64,000 nucleotides of DNA, taken from IMG/VR virus record IMGVR_UViG_3300043433_000028; one strand, 5' to 3'. The DNA comes from a virus. Under the pieces are notes generated by a model. That model searched no databases. It was not told where the DNA came from and saw nothing but the letters and a program-made list of their open reading frames with translations. How positions within the stretch are numbered: position 1 is the first letter of the stretch; each line of letters starts with the position of its first letter. Of the stretch, positions 37,508 to 46,778 are shown one piece after another. Made by a program: the position numbers and the translations under genes.

Positions 37508-39307
37508 ATGAATACAAATTCAAAACTTTTGATTCTTGAAAGAAGTGGTTCTACATTAGCTTTCGCTCAAGATAATTCAGGTGCTTATGTTCTTGAAGGC
37601 GTGTTCGGTGAAATCGACAAGTTAAACAGAAACAATCGTATTTACACTGAAGACGAATATTTACCACAAGTTGAAAGCCTTCAAGCTAAAATCAAATCAT
37701 CTAAATTATTAGGTGAATTAGACCACCCACAAAACTTTGACATTTCTTTAAAGAATGTTTCACACATTATCGAAGAATTAAGATATGACAAAGACAAGAA
37801 ACAAATTCTTGGTAAAATTAGATTATTAGATACTGATGCTGGTAAACAAGCTAAAGCGTTAGTTGATGCTGGTGTTCCTTTACATATTTCTTCTAGAGCA
37901 GCAGGTACAGTAGAATCTAATGGAAAAGTTAAAATCAAACAATTATTTACTTATGATTTAGTTGCAGATCCTGGATTTGCTAATGCTGAATTAAAAAGAG
38001 TTAATGAAGCTTATGGTTTTGAAGACAACCAAGATCTTTTGATATATGAAATCAACCCAACTGATAATAAACAAACACAAATAAAAGAAGAACAAAACAT
38101 GGAAAACGCAAGATTCGTTAGTACTGATGACTTCAATAGTTATTCAAAATACTTAGCTGAAGAAATCAAAGCTTTAAAAGAATCTCTTACAGCATTAAAT
38201 AGCTCTGAGTCTACTAACGAAGAGGTTAAAAATCTAAAAGAGTATTCTTCTTATTTAGCTGAAAAATTAAACCAAGCAATTGCTTATTCTGAGCACGTTG
38301 CAGAAAAAGCTGATCAAGGAATTCAGTTCGCTGATACTTTGGCAGAAAAATTAGATCAATCAATTCAATATTCTGAGCATATCGCTGAAGGTGTTGAAGC
38401 TATTAAAGGTTACACTAACTATTTAGCTGAGTCTTATAACGAAGGAGTTATGACACACGAAAACGTAGTTAAATATGTAAACTATTTAAAAGAAAACTTA
38501 GAGAAAGTTACTGAATATGCAGAATACGTTGCAGAAACTGTAAACTCTAACTTATTAATGGAAGATGATACCGATGCAGGTAAAGAATTAACTGAAGAGC
38601 CAAATGATAAAACTCCAGAAGTTATCGATGCAGAAGGTAAAAAATATCCAAAAGCAGAAGATGCAGCTGAAGATATCGAAGACGAATTAGAAAAAGATAT
38701 GGAAGATTCAAAAGCTGGCGGTGAAGATACTGGTAAAGAAGTTACTGAAGCTGAAGAAACAGAAGAAGTTACTGAAACAGAAGATAAAATGGATGCTTAC
38801 AAAAAAGAAGTAGCTGAGAAATTAGCTTCATTAGTTGAAAGCGCTAAAGCAAAATCAGTAGCAGAACCACATTTCTTTAAATTCATCGCTGAATCTAAAA
38901 AAGAAGAATTCAATACTTTAACACTTGAAGAAAAAACTACAGTTGCAAAGGCAATCGAAGGTAAAGGTTTCTTAACTGAATCACAAATCTACGCTTTGTG
39001 GAATAACGCTTTAGCTCCAATTCAACAAGCAGAGCCTTTAGTAATTTCTGCAATGCCATCTGAATATAAAGAAACATGGAATTCTTTATCAGAAGGTAAG
39101 AAAAATCAATTGTTAGCTCAATCTAAATATCACAGATTAGAAACAGAATATCAAGTAAGAAATTTCTGGCAAACAAGAGACTTAAGAGAAGTTACTCAAG
39201 TTATTGAAAAAGTAGAAATGATTAAAGAATCTACAGAAGAAGCAAAACAATTACCATACGATATGACTGGTGTTGCTGAATCTTTAAACAAAAGATTTAA
39301 AAAATAA
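37508..39307 (+). CDS. gp21: Prohead protease (gp21) fused in frame to scaffold (gp22-like)
   Basis: NRNNRIY, LGELDHP, SSRAAG, DLVADPG; acidic 14-aa repeat region follows. Confidence 0.9.
   Translation: MNTNSKLLILERSGSTLAFAQDNSGAYVLEGVFGEIDKLNRNNRIYTEDEYLPQVESLQAKIKSSKLLGELDHPQNFDISLKNVSHIIEELRYDKDKKQILGKIRLLDTDAGKQAKALVDAGVPLHISSRAAGTVESNGKVKIKQLFTYDLVADPGFANAELKRVNEAYGFEDNQDLLIYEINPTDNKQTQIKEEQNMENARFVSTDDFNSYSKYLAEEIKALKESLTALNSSESTNEEVKNLKEYSSYLAEKLNQAIAYSEHVAEKADQGIQFADTLAEKLDQSIQYSEHIAEGVEAIKGYTNYLAESYNEGVMTHENVVKYVNYLKENLEKVTEYAEYVAETVNSNLLMEDDTDAGKELTEEPNDKTPEVIDAEGKKYPKAEDAAEDIEDELEKDMEDSKAGGEDTGKEVTEAEETEEVTETEDKMDAYKKEVAEKLASLVESAKAKSVAEPHFFKFIAESKKEEFNTLTLEEKTTVAKAIEGKGFLTESQIYALWNNALAPIQQAEPLVISAMPSEYKETWNSLSEGKKNQLLAQSKYHRLETEYQVRNFWQTRDLREVTQVIEKVEMIKESTEEAKQLPYDMTGVAESLNKRFKK
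38243..38452 (+). repeat. Five 14-aa scaffold repeats (Y/F)Sx(Y/H)(L/V/I)AE
   Basis: YSSYLAEKLNQAIA / YSEHVAEKADQGIQ / FADTLAEKLDQSIQ / YSEHIAEGVEAIKG / YTNYLAESYNEGVM. Confidence 0.75.
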
Positions 39308-39345
39308 GAATTTTTAAAAAATTAAAAAATTCACTTTTTTAAGTA

Positions 39346-39354
39346 GATATATAA
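39346..39354 (+). promoter_or_regulatory. Putative late promoter GATATATAA (major capsid)
   Basis: Motif match; followed by a structured leader. Confidence 0.75.
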
Positions 39355-39469
39355 TCTAATAACACAAGAATAAAATATTCGACTCTCAGTTAAGAAGCAA
39401 AAAACTGAATTATGTCGAGCCGTAGATGCAATCTACACAAACTAAACATAAAAAGAACATTTAAACAAA

Positions 39470-40900
39470 ATGGCACAATTAATTAACGAAGCAGAGATCA
39501 GAGAAACATGGTCTCCAATTATCGAGGCTGCTACAGGTATCAATGACGCTAGCAAATTAGCGTGGATGTCAGAGTACTGCCACAATCACAAGTTGTATGA
39601 AGATGCAACTGCTCACATGAGCTTAGACCCAACTATGAACTTAAGAGGTATGGGTGTAGTATCATTTCCTTCAGGATTTGGTTCAAATCCTACAACTTTA
39701 GGATCAGGTGACAAAGCTCCAACTTTATTGCCTTTAGCAATGCAAGTTGCTGCCCAAACAATCGCTTTAGATTTAGTACCAGTTATTCCAATGGCAGGTC
39801 CAATGGGATTATTATCTTACTTAGACTTCGTTTACGAAGGTGGTAGATTAGATAACGGTGTAGCTCCAACATTTATCAAAACTGCTGATGCAGCTGCTGG
39901 TAATGATGAGTTAGCTGGTAAATCAAGAATCGATGGTAAAAACATCATCAAAATTGTTGATGCTTTAGATCCTGCTACTGAAAATTCAATCGCTGACAGA
40001 TATGCTGGTGCTGAATTAGTAAAAGGTTTAGAAGATCATATCCCAGGATTCTCTGCTAAATCTAACACTGAAGCTTTTACAAGAGAAGAAGGTGAAAGAA
40101 CTAATGAGAAATTAATGGGTCTTTCTTTATTCAGTAAAGCTGTTGAAGCTAAAACTATTCAAGTAGCTGCTGCTGTAACTAGAGAGCAAGTTCAAGATTT
40201 AAAACAATTCGGTGTTGATGCTGTTGCTCAAGTTGAAGCTGTTTTAGTTAACGAATTAACTCAAACTATTAATGATTTAATCATCAATAACATCGCTACT
40301 TTAGGTGTGTCTAACATCTCTAAAGCTACTGCTGCTGGTGAAATTTCTGCAACTTCATTGAACGTAAACTTATATGCTGCTGCTGATTTCCAAGGTGGTA
40401 AAACTGAAGGTTCTGAGCACAGAAAAATCTTAACTGGTATCTTAGCTGCTGCTAACTTAATTGCTAACAGAGGTAGAAGAGGTGCAGGTAACTTCGCGGT
40501 TGTAGGACCACAAGTTGCTACAGCATTACAATCAGTTGCTGGTTACGTACCAAACCCATTCGCTAATACAGTATCTCAAGCTGCAGGTGCAATCTACCCA
40601 GTAGGTTCTGTAGCAGGTGTACAAGTTTACACTAACCCTAAATGGAAGTGGAATAACTTTGACGTATTAGTTGGTAGAAAAGGTGACGGTAACGGTCCTG
40701 GTTTAGTATTCATGCCTTACTTAATGGCTGAATCAGTTCAAACTATCGCAGAAGCTACAATGGCACCAAAAATTGCTGTTAAATCTAGATTCGCATTAGT
40801 TGAAGCAGGTTTCCACCCAGAAACACAATACGTGAAATTCACAATCGGTCAAGTTGCTGGCGCTGCTCACACTTGGTCTAACTTGATCTCTTTAGCATAA
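39470..40900 (+). CDS. gp23: Major capsid protein
   Basis: KWSP-like start (ETWSPI), VPVIPMAGPMG, EQVQDLK, NELTQTIN, RGRRGAGNF, FMPY, KSRFAL. Confidence 0.95.
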   Translation: MAQLINEAEIRETWSPIIEAATGINDASKLAWMSEYCHNHKLYEDATAHMSLDPTMNLRGMGVVSFPSGFGSNPTTLGSGDKAPTLLPLAMQVAAQTIALDLVPVIPMAGPMGLLSYLDFVYEGGRLDNGVAPTFIKTADAAAGNDELAGKSRIDGKNIIKIVDALDPATENSIADRYAGAELVKGLEDHIPGFSAKSNTEAFTREEGERTNEKLMGLSLFSKAVEAKTIQVAAAVTREQVQDLKQFGVDAVAQVEAVLVNELTQTINDLIINNIATLGVSNISKATAAGEISATSLNVNLYAAADFQGGKTEGSEHRKILTGILAAANLIANRGRRGAGNFAVVGPQVATALQSVAGYVPNPFANTVSQAAGAIYPVGSVAGVQVYTNPKWKWNNFDVLVGRKGDGNGPGLVFMPYLMAESVQTIAEATMAPKIAVKSRFALVEAGFHPETQYVKFTIGQVAGAAHTWSNLISLA

Positions 40901-40933
40901 TCTCTGATTAACTAAAAGATTTTAGTACATATT

Positions 40934-40965
40934 AAAAGGCTTCCAAATTTGGAAGCCTTTTTTTT
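40934..40965 (+). terminator. Intrinsic terminator
   Basis: AAAAGGCTTCCA-AATT-TGGAAGCCTTTT followed by a T-tract. Confidence 0.9.
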
Positions 40966-40980
40966 GCTCAGAATTTAAAA

Positions 40981-40989
40981 GATATATAA
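40981..40989 (+). promoter_or_regulatory. Putative late promoter GATATATAA
   Basis: Motif match. Confidence 0.7.
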
Positions 40990-41008
40990 TGTATATAAAA
41001 ACAACAAT

Positions 41009-42745
41009 ATGAATATGAATTTCGAAAATTGGTATAATAAAATGTTAAATGAAGAAGCTGCTGCAGCACCTTCACAAGCAACTGTTGATGTTAAACCTAG
41101 TATAAGTGGACAAGTTGTTAATGTACAAAGCAAAGAAGATATAATAAACGATGTCGATTCTATAATGGCTCAATTAGATCAATTATCTGCACAGGTTAAA
41201 GAAGATTTTAATGTTGAAATATTAGATGAATCACTCGTATTAGAAGGTGCATGGGACGATACTAAAGATAATTTTGGATCATTGTTTTCAGATCCTGTAT
41301 TTCAATTAGTTGGATTAGGAATTGCAGGTATTATAGGAGCTTTAGGATTAAGCGTTAAAGCTGTAAAAGATACTAAAAGAAATGGTGCTATTGGTAAAAT
41401 GGTTATGGGTGATTATGCTAAGCTTAAACAACTTAAATTACAAGGAGTTAAGTTAGAAGCTATTCAACACCAATTAGAAGAAAAGAAAGATGATATTGAA
41501 GCAGAGGGTGGAGCTAAGAAAAATCCATACGAATCGATTGTTAATGAAGCTGAACCAAAAGTTATCTCAGCTACTCAACAATTAGCACAAAGAAATGCTG
41601 AAAAAGAAAAAGCTAATAAAGCAAAAGAAGCTGAACTTAAAAAAGCAGCGGCAGCAGCAAAAAAATCGCAAACAGATAAAGAAAATAAGCCATCTGATAG
41701 AACAACTTCAGATGATGAGAATGCAGCAAAGCAAAAAATGGCTGAAAAAATAGATGCTCAAATTCAAGCAGTTGCTAAAAAAAGAGATGTGTTGGACAAT
41801 TCTATTAAATCATTCGAAGAAGCGTTAGACGCAAAATACGCCGAAGAAAAAATTACTGGATTTGGTTCTAAAAAAGTACATACTTTAATAGCATCGGCTA
41901 AAGATGGTGTAGCACAAGAAATTGCAGAAGCAAGATTAAAATTCTTTAGTGAAAACATGCCAGACGAAGCTAGAAAGGAATTAGAAGATAGTCTTAAAGG
42001 TATTATTAAAAGACAAGCTGAAAGAACAGCAGAAATTAATAAAGAAGCTAAAGAAAATGCTGAAAAGGCAAAAGAAGTCGCAGACAATGACGAAGAAGTT
42101 AGAAAAGCACTAGATGACATGAAGAAGGGCAAAAACCCAGAAACTGAAAAAGAGCCAACATCTGATAATGAAGATGGTAAATCTGACAAAGGAGATGGAG
42201 AATCTGACGCAATGAAAAAGGTTTTGAAATCGCAAAAAGATGATTCAGAAGAAGCCAAAAAGAAAAGAGAAGAAAGAGCGGCTAACAAAGAAGACGACAC
42301 TAAAAATGCTGAAAAAGAAACTACTAAGAATACCAAAGATGGTAAATTAGATAGAGTCGAAGATATGATTAAAAAAGAAACTGAAAAGATTCAAAATAAT
42401 CCAGAAGCTAAAAAGATCAAAGATAAAATTACAGAATTAGAAGGCGCAATTGAAGAGCTTAAAAACAAAGAAAATAAATCTAAAGAAGATGCTGATAAAA
42501 TTAGCATGATTCAAAAAGGTATAGAAGCTCAAAAGAAACAATTAGACAAAATTTCTTCATCTGATAAATTAGATAAATTAAAAGGTTTAAAAGATCAAAT
42601 TGCAGCCAAAGAAAACTGGCAATTAGAAGGAACTGAATTGGGCAGATTATTTGAAATGGAAATTTCTAAGCTTGAAAAAGAATACATGATCAATGAATCA
42701 TCTTCTTTAAGTATATCTGATAAATTTAAATTATTAATGGGTTAA
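41009..42745 (+). CDS. Highly charged coiled-coil late protein with one hydrophobic helix; putative internal virion protein
   Basis: NFENWYNKMLNEE start, LVGLGIAGIIGALGLSV segment, K/E-rich body. Confidence 0.55.
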   Translation: MNMNFENWYNKMLNEEAAAAPSQATVDVKPSISGQVVNVQSKEDIINDVDSIMAQLDQLSAQVKEDFNVEILDESLVLEGAWDDTKDNFGSLFSDPVFQLVGLGIAGIIGALGLSVKAVKDTKRNGAIGKMVMGDYAKLKQLKLQGVKLEAIQHQLEEKKDDIEAEGGAKKNPYESIVNEAEPKVISATQQLAQRNAEKEKANKAKEAELKKAAAAAKKSQTDKENKPSDRTTSDDENAAKQKMAEKIDAQIQAVAKKRDVLDNSIKSFEEALDAKYAEEKITGFGSKKVHTLIASAKDGVAQEIAEARLKFFSENMPDEARKELEDSLKGIIKRQAERTAEINKEAKENAEKAKEVADNDEEVRKALDDMKKGKNPETEKEPTSDNEDGKSDKGDGESDAMKKVLKSQKDDSEEAKKKREERAANKEDDTKNAEKETTKNTKDGKLDRVEDMIKKETEKIQNNPEAKKIKDKITELEGAIEELKNKENKSKEDADKISMIQKGIEAQKKQLDKISSSDKLDKLKGLKDQIAAKENWQLEGTELGRLFEMEISKLEKEYMINESSSLSISDKFKLLMG

Positions 42746-43248
42746 GATTTCTTACCCTTCTTAACTAAATTAAGGAACTCTTGTTGTTGATTCAGCAAGA
42801 GTTCTTTGCATTTCTTGCGAAACTCAACTGAAGATTTTAAAATACGACTATCAACCATTGGAGCCTTTAATGCGTCATGATAATCCGGGTGAACAAAGTT
42901 TTCTAGCGAAAAATCACTCATTTTAGCTTTGATTGGATTGCCTGACAAAGCACAGATCCAATCGATAGTGTTGTAGTTTTCTATAAGATCTTCTTTTTGT
43001 ATAATTTCACCAGTAGACCAATCATAGAATAATTTATTAGTAGAACTTAATCTACTAACAGAATATGAGTTTTGTTCAAACAATATAAGAGCAAACGCAT
43101 CAGATTGACATCGTTCTTTAAGCAATGGATTTTCTATCAATAATCTCTTTTGGGACTTTGACAATGTAGTAAACCTTATACCAAATCTATTAGTCGGGTA
43201 CGGTCCACTAGTTCTTTCTATCTTTGGATGTTTCTTTTTTGCTGACAT
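42742..43248 (-). CDS. Hypothetical basic protein; only credible minus-strand gene
   Basis: Fills an otherwise ORF-free 500 bp; shares a TTAA stop overlap; GATAAATA upstream on the minus strand. Confidence 0.7.
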   Translation of the reverse strand: MSAKKKHPKIERTSGPYPTNRFGIRFTTLSKSQKRLLIENPLLKERCQSDAFALILFEQNSYSVSRLSSTNKLFYDWSTGEIIQKEDLIENYNTIDWICALSGNPIKAKMSDFSLENFVHPDYHDALKAPMVDSRILKSSVEFRKKCKELLLNQQQEFLNLVKKGKKS

Positions 43249-43251
43249 ACT

Positions 43252-43279
43252 GAAACTTATTTATCATGCTTAATATAAT
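43252..43279 (+). promoter_or_regulatory. Putative middle promoter GAAAC-N17-TATAAT
   Basis: Motif and spacing match. Confidence 0.7.
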
Positions 43280-43297
43280 ATGCATAAACATAAAGAT

Positions 43298-44248
43298 ATG
43301 ATTCGAGCACTATTTACAGAAAAATACAGACCTAAGAATTTAGAGGACTTAATTTTACCAGACAGAGTAATGAATAAGTTCAAAGATGGCTTAACACAAA
43401 ACATGCTTTTAGCTGGAAGTCCAGGCACAGGCAAAACTTCAACAGCCAAAGCTATTGTTAATCAGTTTAATTTACCATATTTGTACATTAATGCTTCGAC
43501 AGATACTTCGGTTGAGGTAATTAGAACTAGAATTACAGATTTTTGTTCAACGATGTCAGTCCTAGATGATCAAGGCAAATTCAAAGTAGTTTTATTAGAT
43601 GAGGTTGACGGTGTATCAGATCAATTCTTTAAAGCTCTTAGAGCAACTATGGAACAATTCGCAGCTAATTGTAGATTTATTGCAACATGTAATTACGTTA
43701 ATAAAATTCCAGATCCAATTCTTTCTCGTTTTGAAGTTATTAATTTTGACTTCGACAAATCAGAAGAAACTGAATTGACTAAAAAATACATCAAACGTGT
43801 TTATGAAATTTGCGGCAAAGAAGAAATGACAATAGATAAACCAGCTTTGGTAGAATTTGTCAAAAGAAACTTTCCAGATTTAAGAAGCACATTAAATAAG
43901 TTACAAGGTTATAAAACAAGCGGCACTACTAATATTACAGTAGAAGACGTTAAGAAATTTAACTCGGTTTACAAAGATCTATTTGAATTGATCTTTAACG
44001 AAACTGACCCGGTTAAAAACTATAAATTATTAGTTAGTGAATACTCAAATAGAGTAGACGATGTTTTACAGTCACTTGGCAGTGATTTTGTAGAATATAT
44101 CCAAACAGAAAGACCGAATAACGTAAAATCTATTCCACAAATTATAATTTCTGTAGCAGAACACCAAGCGCAAAGAGTACATGTTATTGATCCAATCATC
44201 ACCATGTTATCGTGTGTTTACAAATTACAAGAAATTGTAAGATCTTAA
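43298..44248 (+). CDS. gp44: Clamp loader AAA+ subunit
   Basis: EKYRP, GSPGTGKT, INAS, LLDEVD, SRF, DLR; start moved to ATG 43298. Confidence 0.93.
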   Translation: MIRALFTEKYRPKNLEDLILPDRVMNKFKDGLTQNMLLAGSPGTGKTSTAKAIVNQFNLPYLYINASTDTSVEVIRTRITDFCSTMSVLDDQGKFKVVLLDEVDGVSDQFFKALRATMEQFAANCRFIATCNYVNKIPDPILSRFEVINFDFDKSEETELTKKYIKRVYEICGKEEMTIDKPALVEFVKRNFPDLRSTLNKLQGYKTSGTTNITVEDVKKFNSVYKDLFELIFNETDPVKNYKLLVSEYSNRVDDVLQSLGSDFVEYIQTERPNNVKSIPQIIISVAEHQAQRVHVIDPIITMLSCVYKLQEIVRS

Positions 44249-44268
44249 TAAAAAACATCTAAAAATAT

Positions 44269-44300
44269 TTTACCATATCGTGGAAAATAGTTATATTTAC
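44269..44300 (+). promoter_or_regulatory. Putative early promoter TTTACC-N17-TATATTTAC
   Basis: Motif and spacing match. Confidence 0.6.
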
Positions 44301-44321
44301 AGTAACAATAACGAAGAAGAA

Positions 44322-45530
44322 ATGAGACTAGGCAAACATACATTATTAATTGACGGAAACTACTTCATATACAGTAGACTTTTTGTCATGCCTAAGCCTT
44401 CTAGTGGAAAACTACTAGAGGACGATAAAAGCAAAGGTCAATTCATGAGAAAATTGGCAATAGATTTTGCATCTGAAATTAGAAAAATGCAACCATTTGT
44501 GGATCGTATTGTCTTGGCAATAGATTCTAAGTCATGGCGCAAAGACCTTTTTCCAGACGCTGAATACAAAGGCACAAGGGTGCAGAATGAGACAGTTTGT
44601 TGGGAAGGTGTATACCAAATCTATGAAGAGTTTAAGACTGTTCTGGCTAAACAAGGTGTGATTGTAGAGCAAATTCCAGGTGCTGAAGCCGATGACATTT
44701 TATTTGCATGGTCAACTTACTTAAATGCTAACGGTAAAAACTGTATTGTTTGGACTGGTGATAGAGATTTAATTCAATTAGTGGATTACTCTAAAGCAAC
44801 TGACGGTTACACTTTATGGTACTATAACACTAAAAAGAAATTAATGGTGTTTGAAGGCTTTAATAAAATGATAGCCTCTGATATTGATGACAGAACTGAA
44901 GACGATGATGATTTACTTTTTAATCTTTCTAGTAAAACAGCATTCTTAGAAAAAATGAGAATGGATGTTATGGATTGGATTAAAAAGAATGGCATTGACG
45001 TTGAAGAAATTAACTGTGATCATTTTATCTTCCAAAAAATTTTAACAGGTGATAAATCAGACAATATCAAGTCTGTTGTTTCATGGATTAAAGGTGGAAG
45101 AACTTATAGCATTACACAAAAACAAGCTGATAAAATTTTAGATCAGTATTTAAAAGAAGAAGAAACATTCGTTATCGATCATATGTTTAGTGATGCTCAA
45201 GTAGATAAAATCGTAGATATTATTTACAGAGTAGTTAATAACTCTTCTAAGTCTCAGATTAAAACAAGATTTAATCAAAACTTAGACATTATGTTATTAC
45301 ACCATAATACAATTCCAGAGCCTATTCAAGAGCAAATGCAATCTGCTATAGAAAAGGATGCTATTATAGAACCTACTCTTAACAAGTTGACTCAAATGGA
45401 AAGAATTCTAGAAGGTAATAAATGGATGGCTACCAAAGCTGAGAATGCACCTAAAAGTTATGATGCCTTTTCAGATTTAGATACTTCTAATGAAAAACCA
45501 TTGACTAAAAATTTAAACGAATTGTTTTAA
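44322..45530 (+). CDS. rnh: T4 RNase H-like 5'-3' exonuclease (FEN/PIN fold)
   Basis: LIDGN, DSKSWRK, YKGTR, EADD, TGDRD..QL, GDKSDNI; start moved to ATG 44322. Confidence 0.88.
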   Translation: MRLGKHTLLIDGNYFIYSRLFVMPKPSSGKLLEDDKSKGQFMRKLAIDFASEIRKMQPFVDRIVLAIDSKSWRKDLFPDAEYKGTRVQNETVCWEGVYQIYEEFKTVLAKQGVIVEQIPGAEADDILFAWSTYLNANGKNCIVWTGDRDLIQLVDYSKATDGYTLWYYNTKKKLMVFEGFNKMIASDIDDRTEDDDDLLFNLSSKTAFLEKMRMDVMDWIKKNGIDVEEINCDHFIFQKILTGDKSDNIKSVVSWIKGGRTYSITQKQADKILDQYLKEEETFVIDHMFSDAQVDKIVDIIYRVVNNSSKSQIKTRFNQNLDIMLLHHNTIPEPIQEQMQSAIEKDAIIEPTLNKLTQMERILEGNKWMATKAENAPKSYDAFSDLDTSNEKPLTKNLNELF

Positions 45531-45531
45531 T

Positions 45532-45699
45532 ATGGCACACATTTCACAAGAAGAACAAATCCACATAGATTTGATACTTTTAGAAGCTAATGCATATAAT
45601 TTAAGATGGGAAGTAGCAGATTCTGCAGAAAAAGAAATGGCTAATGGTACAGCTCCGTTGGATGCATACCAAATAGCCTTTAATGAATGGATTAAATAA
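45532..45699 (+). CDS. Small hypothetical protein (55 aa, missing from the ORF track)
   Basis: Hand-translated MAHISQEEQIHIDLILLEANAYNLRWEV...AFNEWIK*; tightly packed between neighbours. Confidence 0.6.
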   Translation: MAHISQEEQIHIDLILLEANAYNLRWEVADSAEKEMANGTAPLDAYQIAFNEWIK

Positions 45700-45705
45700 A
45701 CCAAT

Positions 45706-46128
45706 ATGCAATTAGACGATACTAAATTATTTGACTTTGTAAAAATCATGTTTACAAAGAAAGCTGATTACGCAAATATAAAAGAGCAAACAAAACGAAG
45801 ACATCACTTTATGATTAATCGTTTTTTTGCTATTAAGTTTCCAGCCAATGCACAGATGTTCAATAAAAATGGTATCAATGGAGCTTCTGTTATTGATAGT
45901 TGGAGCTTAGTTGCTCAAAGATTTACATCAGTCCCGATGTGGATTTACACAAAGACTAAAAAAGCAGCACCTAAAAAGGACGAATACATACCTAACGACG
46001 ATGCTTTAGAATTGTTTATGAAGATTCATGAGATTGGTAAAAGAGAATATAATGAATTAAAGAAATTCTCACCAGATGAATTAGAAAAAGAATTGCGTAA
46101 ATTAGAAACAACAATCAAAGTTTATTAA
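45706..46128 (+). CDS. gp62: Clamp loader small subunit (gp62-like)
   Basis: LFDFV, FMINRFFA, PMWIYTK pattern. Confidence 0.6.
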   Translation: MQLDDTKLFDFVKIMFTKKADYANIKEQTKRRHHFMINRFFAIKFPANAQMFNKNGINGASVIDSWSLVAQRFTSVPMWIYTKTKKAAPKKDEYIPNDDALELFMKIHEIGKREYNELKKFSPDELEKELRKLETTIKVY

Positions 46129-46778
46129 TGACAAATTTCTCTATTTTAGATGCGACTGACATCATAGATGTAATGTTATTTAAGTATAACTATTACGATT
46201 TTAAAATTTGGACTGGAACTAAAAACAAATTGAATTACATTGAAGTAAATGATCAATCGATTTTAGTTTCACCTAAAGATTTAAAGAAATATATCGAAAG
46301 CACATATCCAAATGAATTAAATAAATTTAAATCTATTGGCTCAGAATTCTTACACAAAGATGCCAATTCGATTTATTTTTTTAATACGATGCTTAAAGAA
46401 ATGTCACGTTTAAAATGGATCAAATTAACTCTTGATAAAAGCAAAAACTATTCTAGAATGATTGATGATAAATCAACTGGACCTAGAATTACATTTTCTT
46501 TTAAAGTACTACACGTTACTTACAAATTATTTGAAATGTTCGATGAAGATGAGCTTAAAACTTTTAATAACACATTAATAAGTTTGAACATTTTAGAACC
46601 TAATAAGCCATATCAACGTCACAAACTCAACTACATTTTGTCAAGGCTCGATGCTTTTGTAGAAAAATCAGTTGTAAACCATACTTCAGACGTTGAACCA
46701 GTACTTATTTTTTTAGATTCAATTGAAGAAAAACTAGAAGGAGATAATCCTGAAGTTTTATTAGTTACGGACTATTAG
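46128..46778 (+). CDS. Hypothetical protein
   Basis: 216 aa coupled ORF. Confidence 0.6.
   Translation: MTNFSILDATDIIDVMLFKYNYYDFKIWTGTKNKLNYIEVNDQSILVSPKDLKKYIESTYPNELNKFKSIGSEFLHKDANSIYFFNTMLKEMSRLKWIKLTLDKSKNYSRMIDDKSTGPRITFSFKVLHVTYKLFEMFDEDELKTFNNTLISLNILEPNKPYQRHKLNYILSRLDAFVEKSVVNHTSDVEPVLIFLDSIEEKLEGDNPEVLLVTDY

Noticed and set aside
114-44321. ORF-track starts at 114, 5613, 9668, 22748, 37052, 43280 and 44280
   Set aside because: They fall inside promoters or upstream genes; downstream ATGs (153, 5637, 9722, 22772, 37067, 43298, 44322) fit better.
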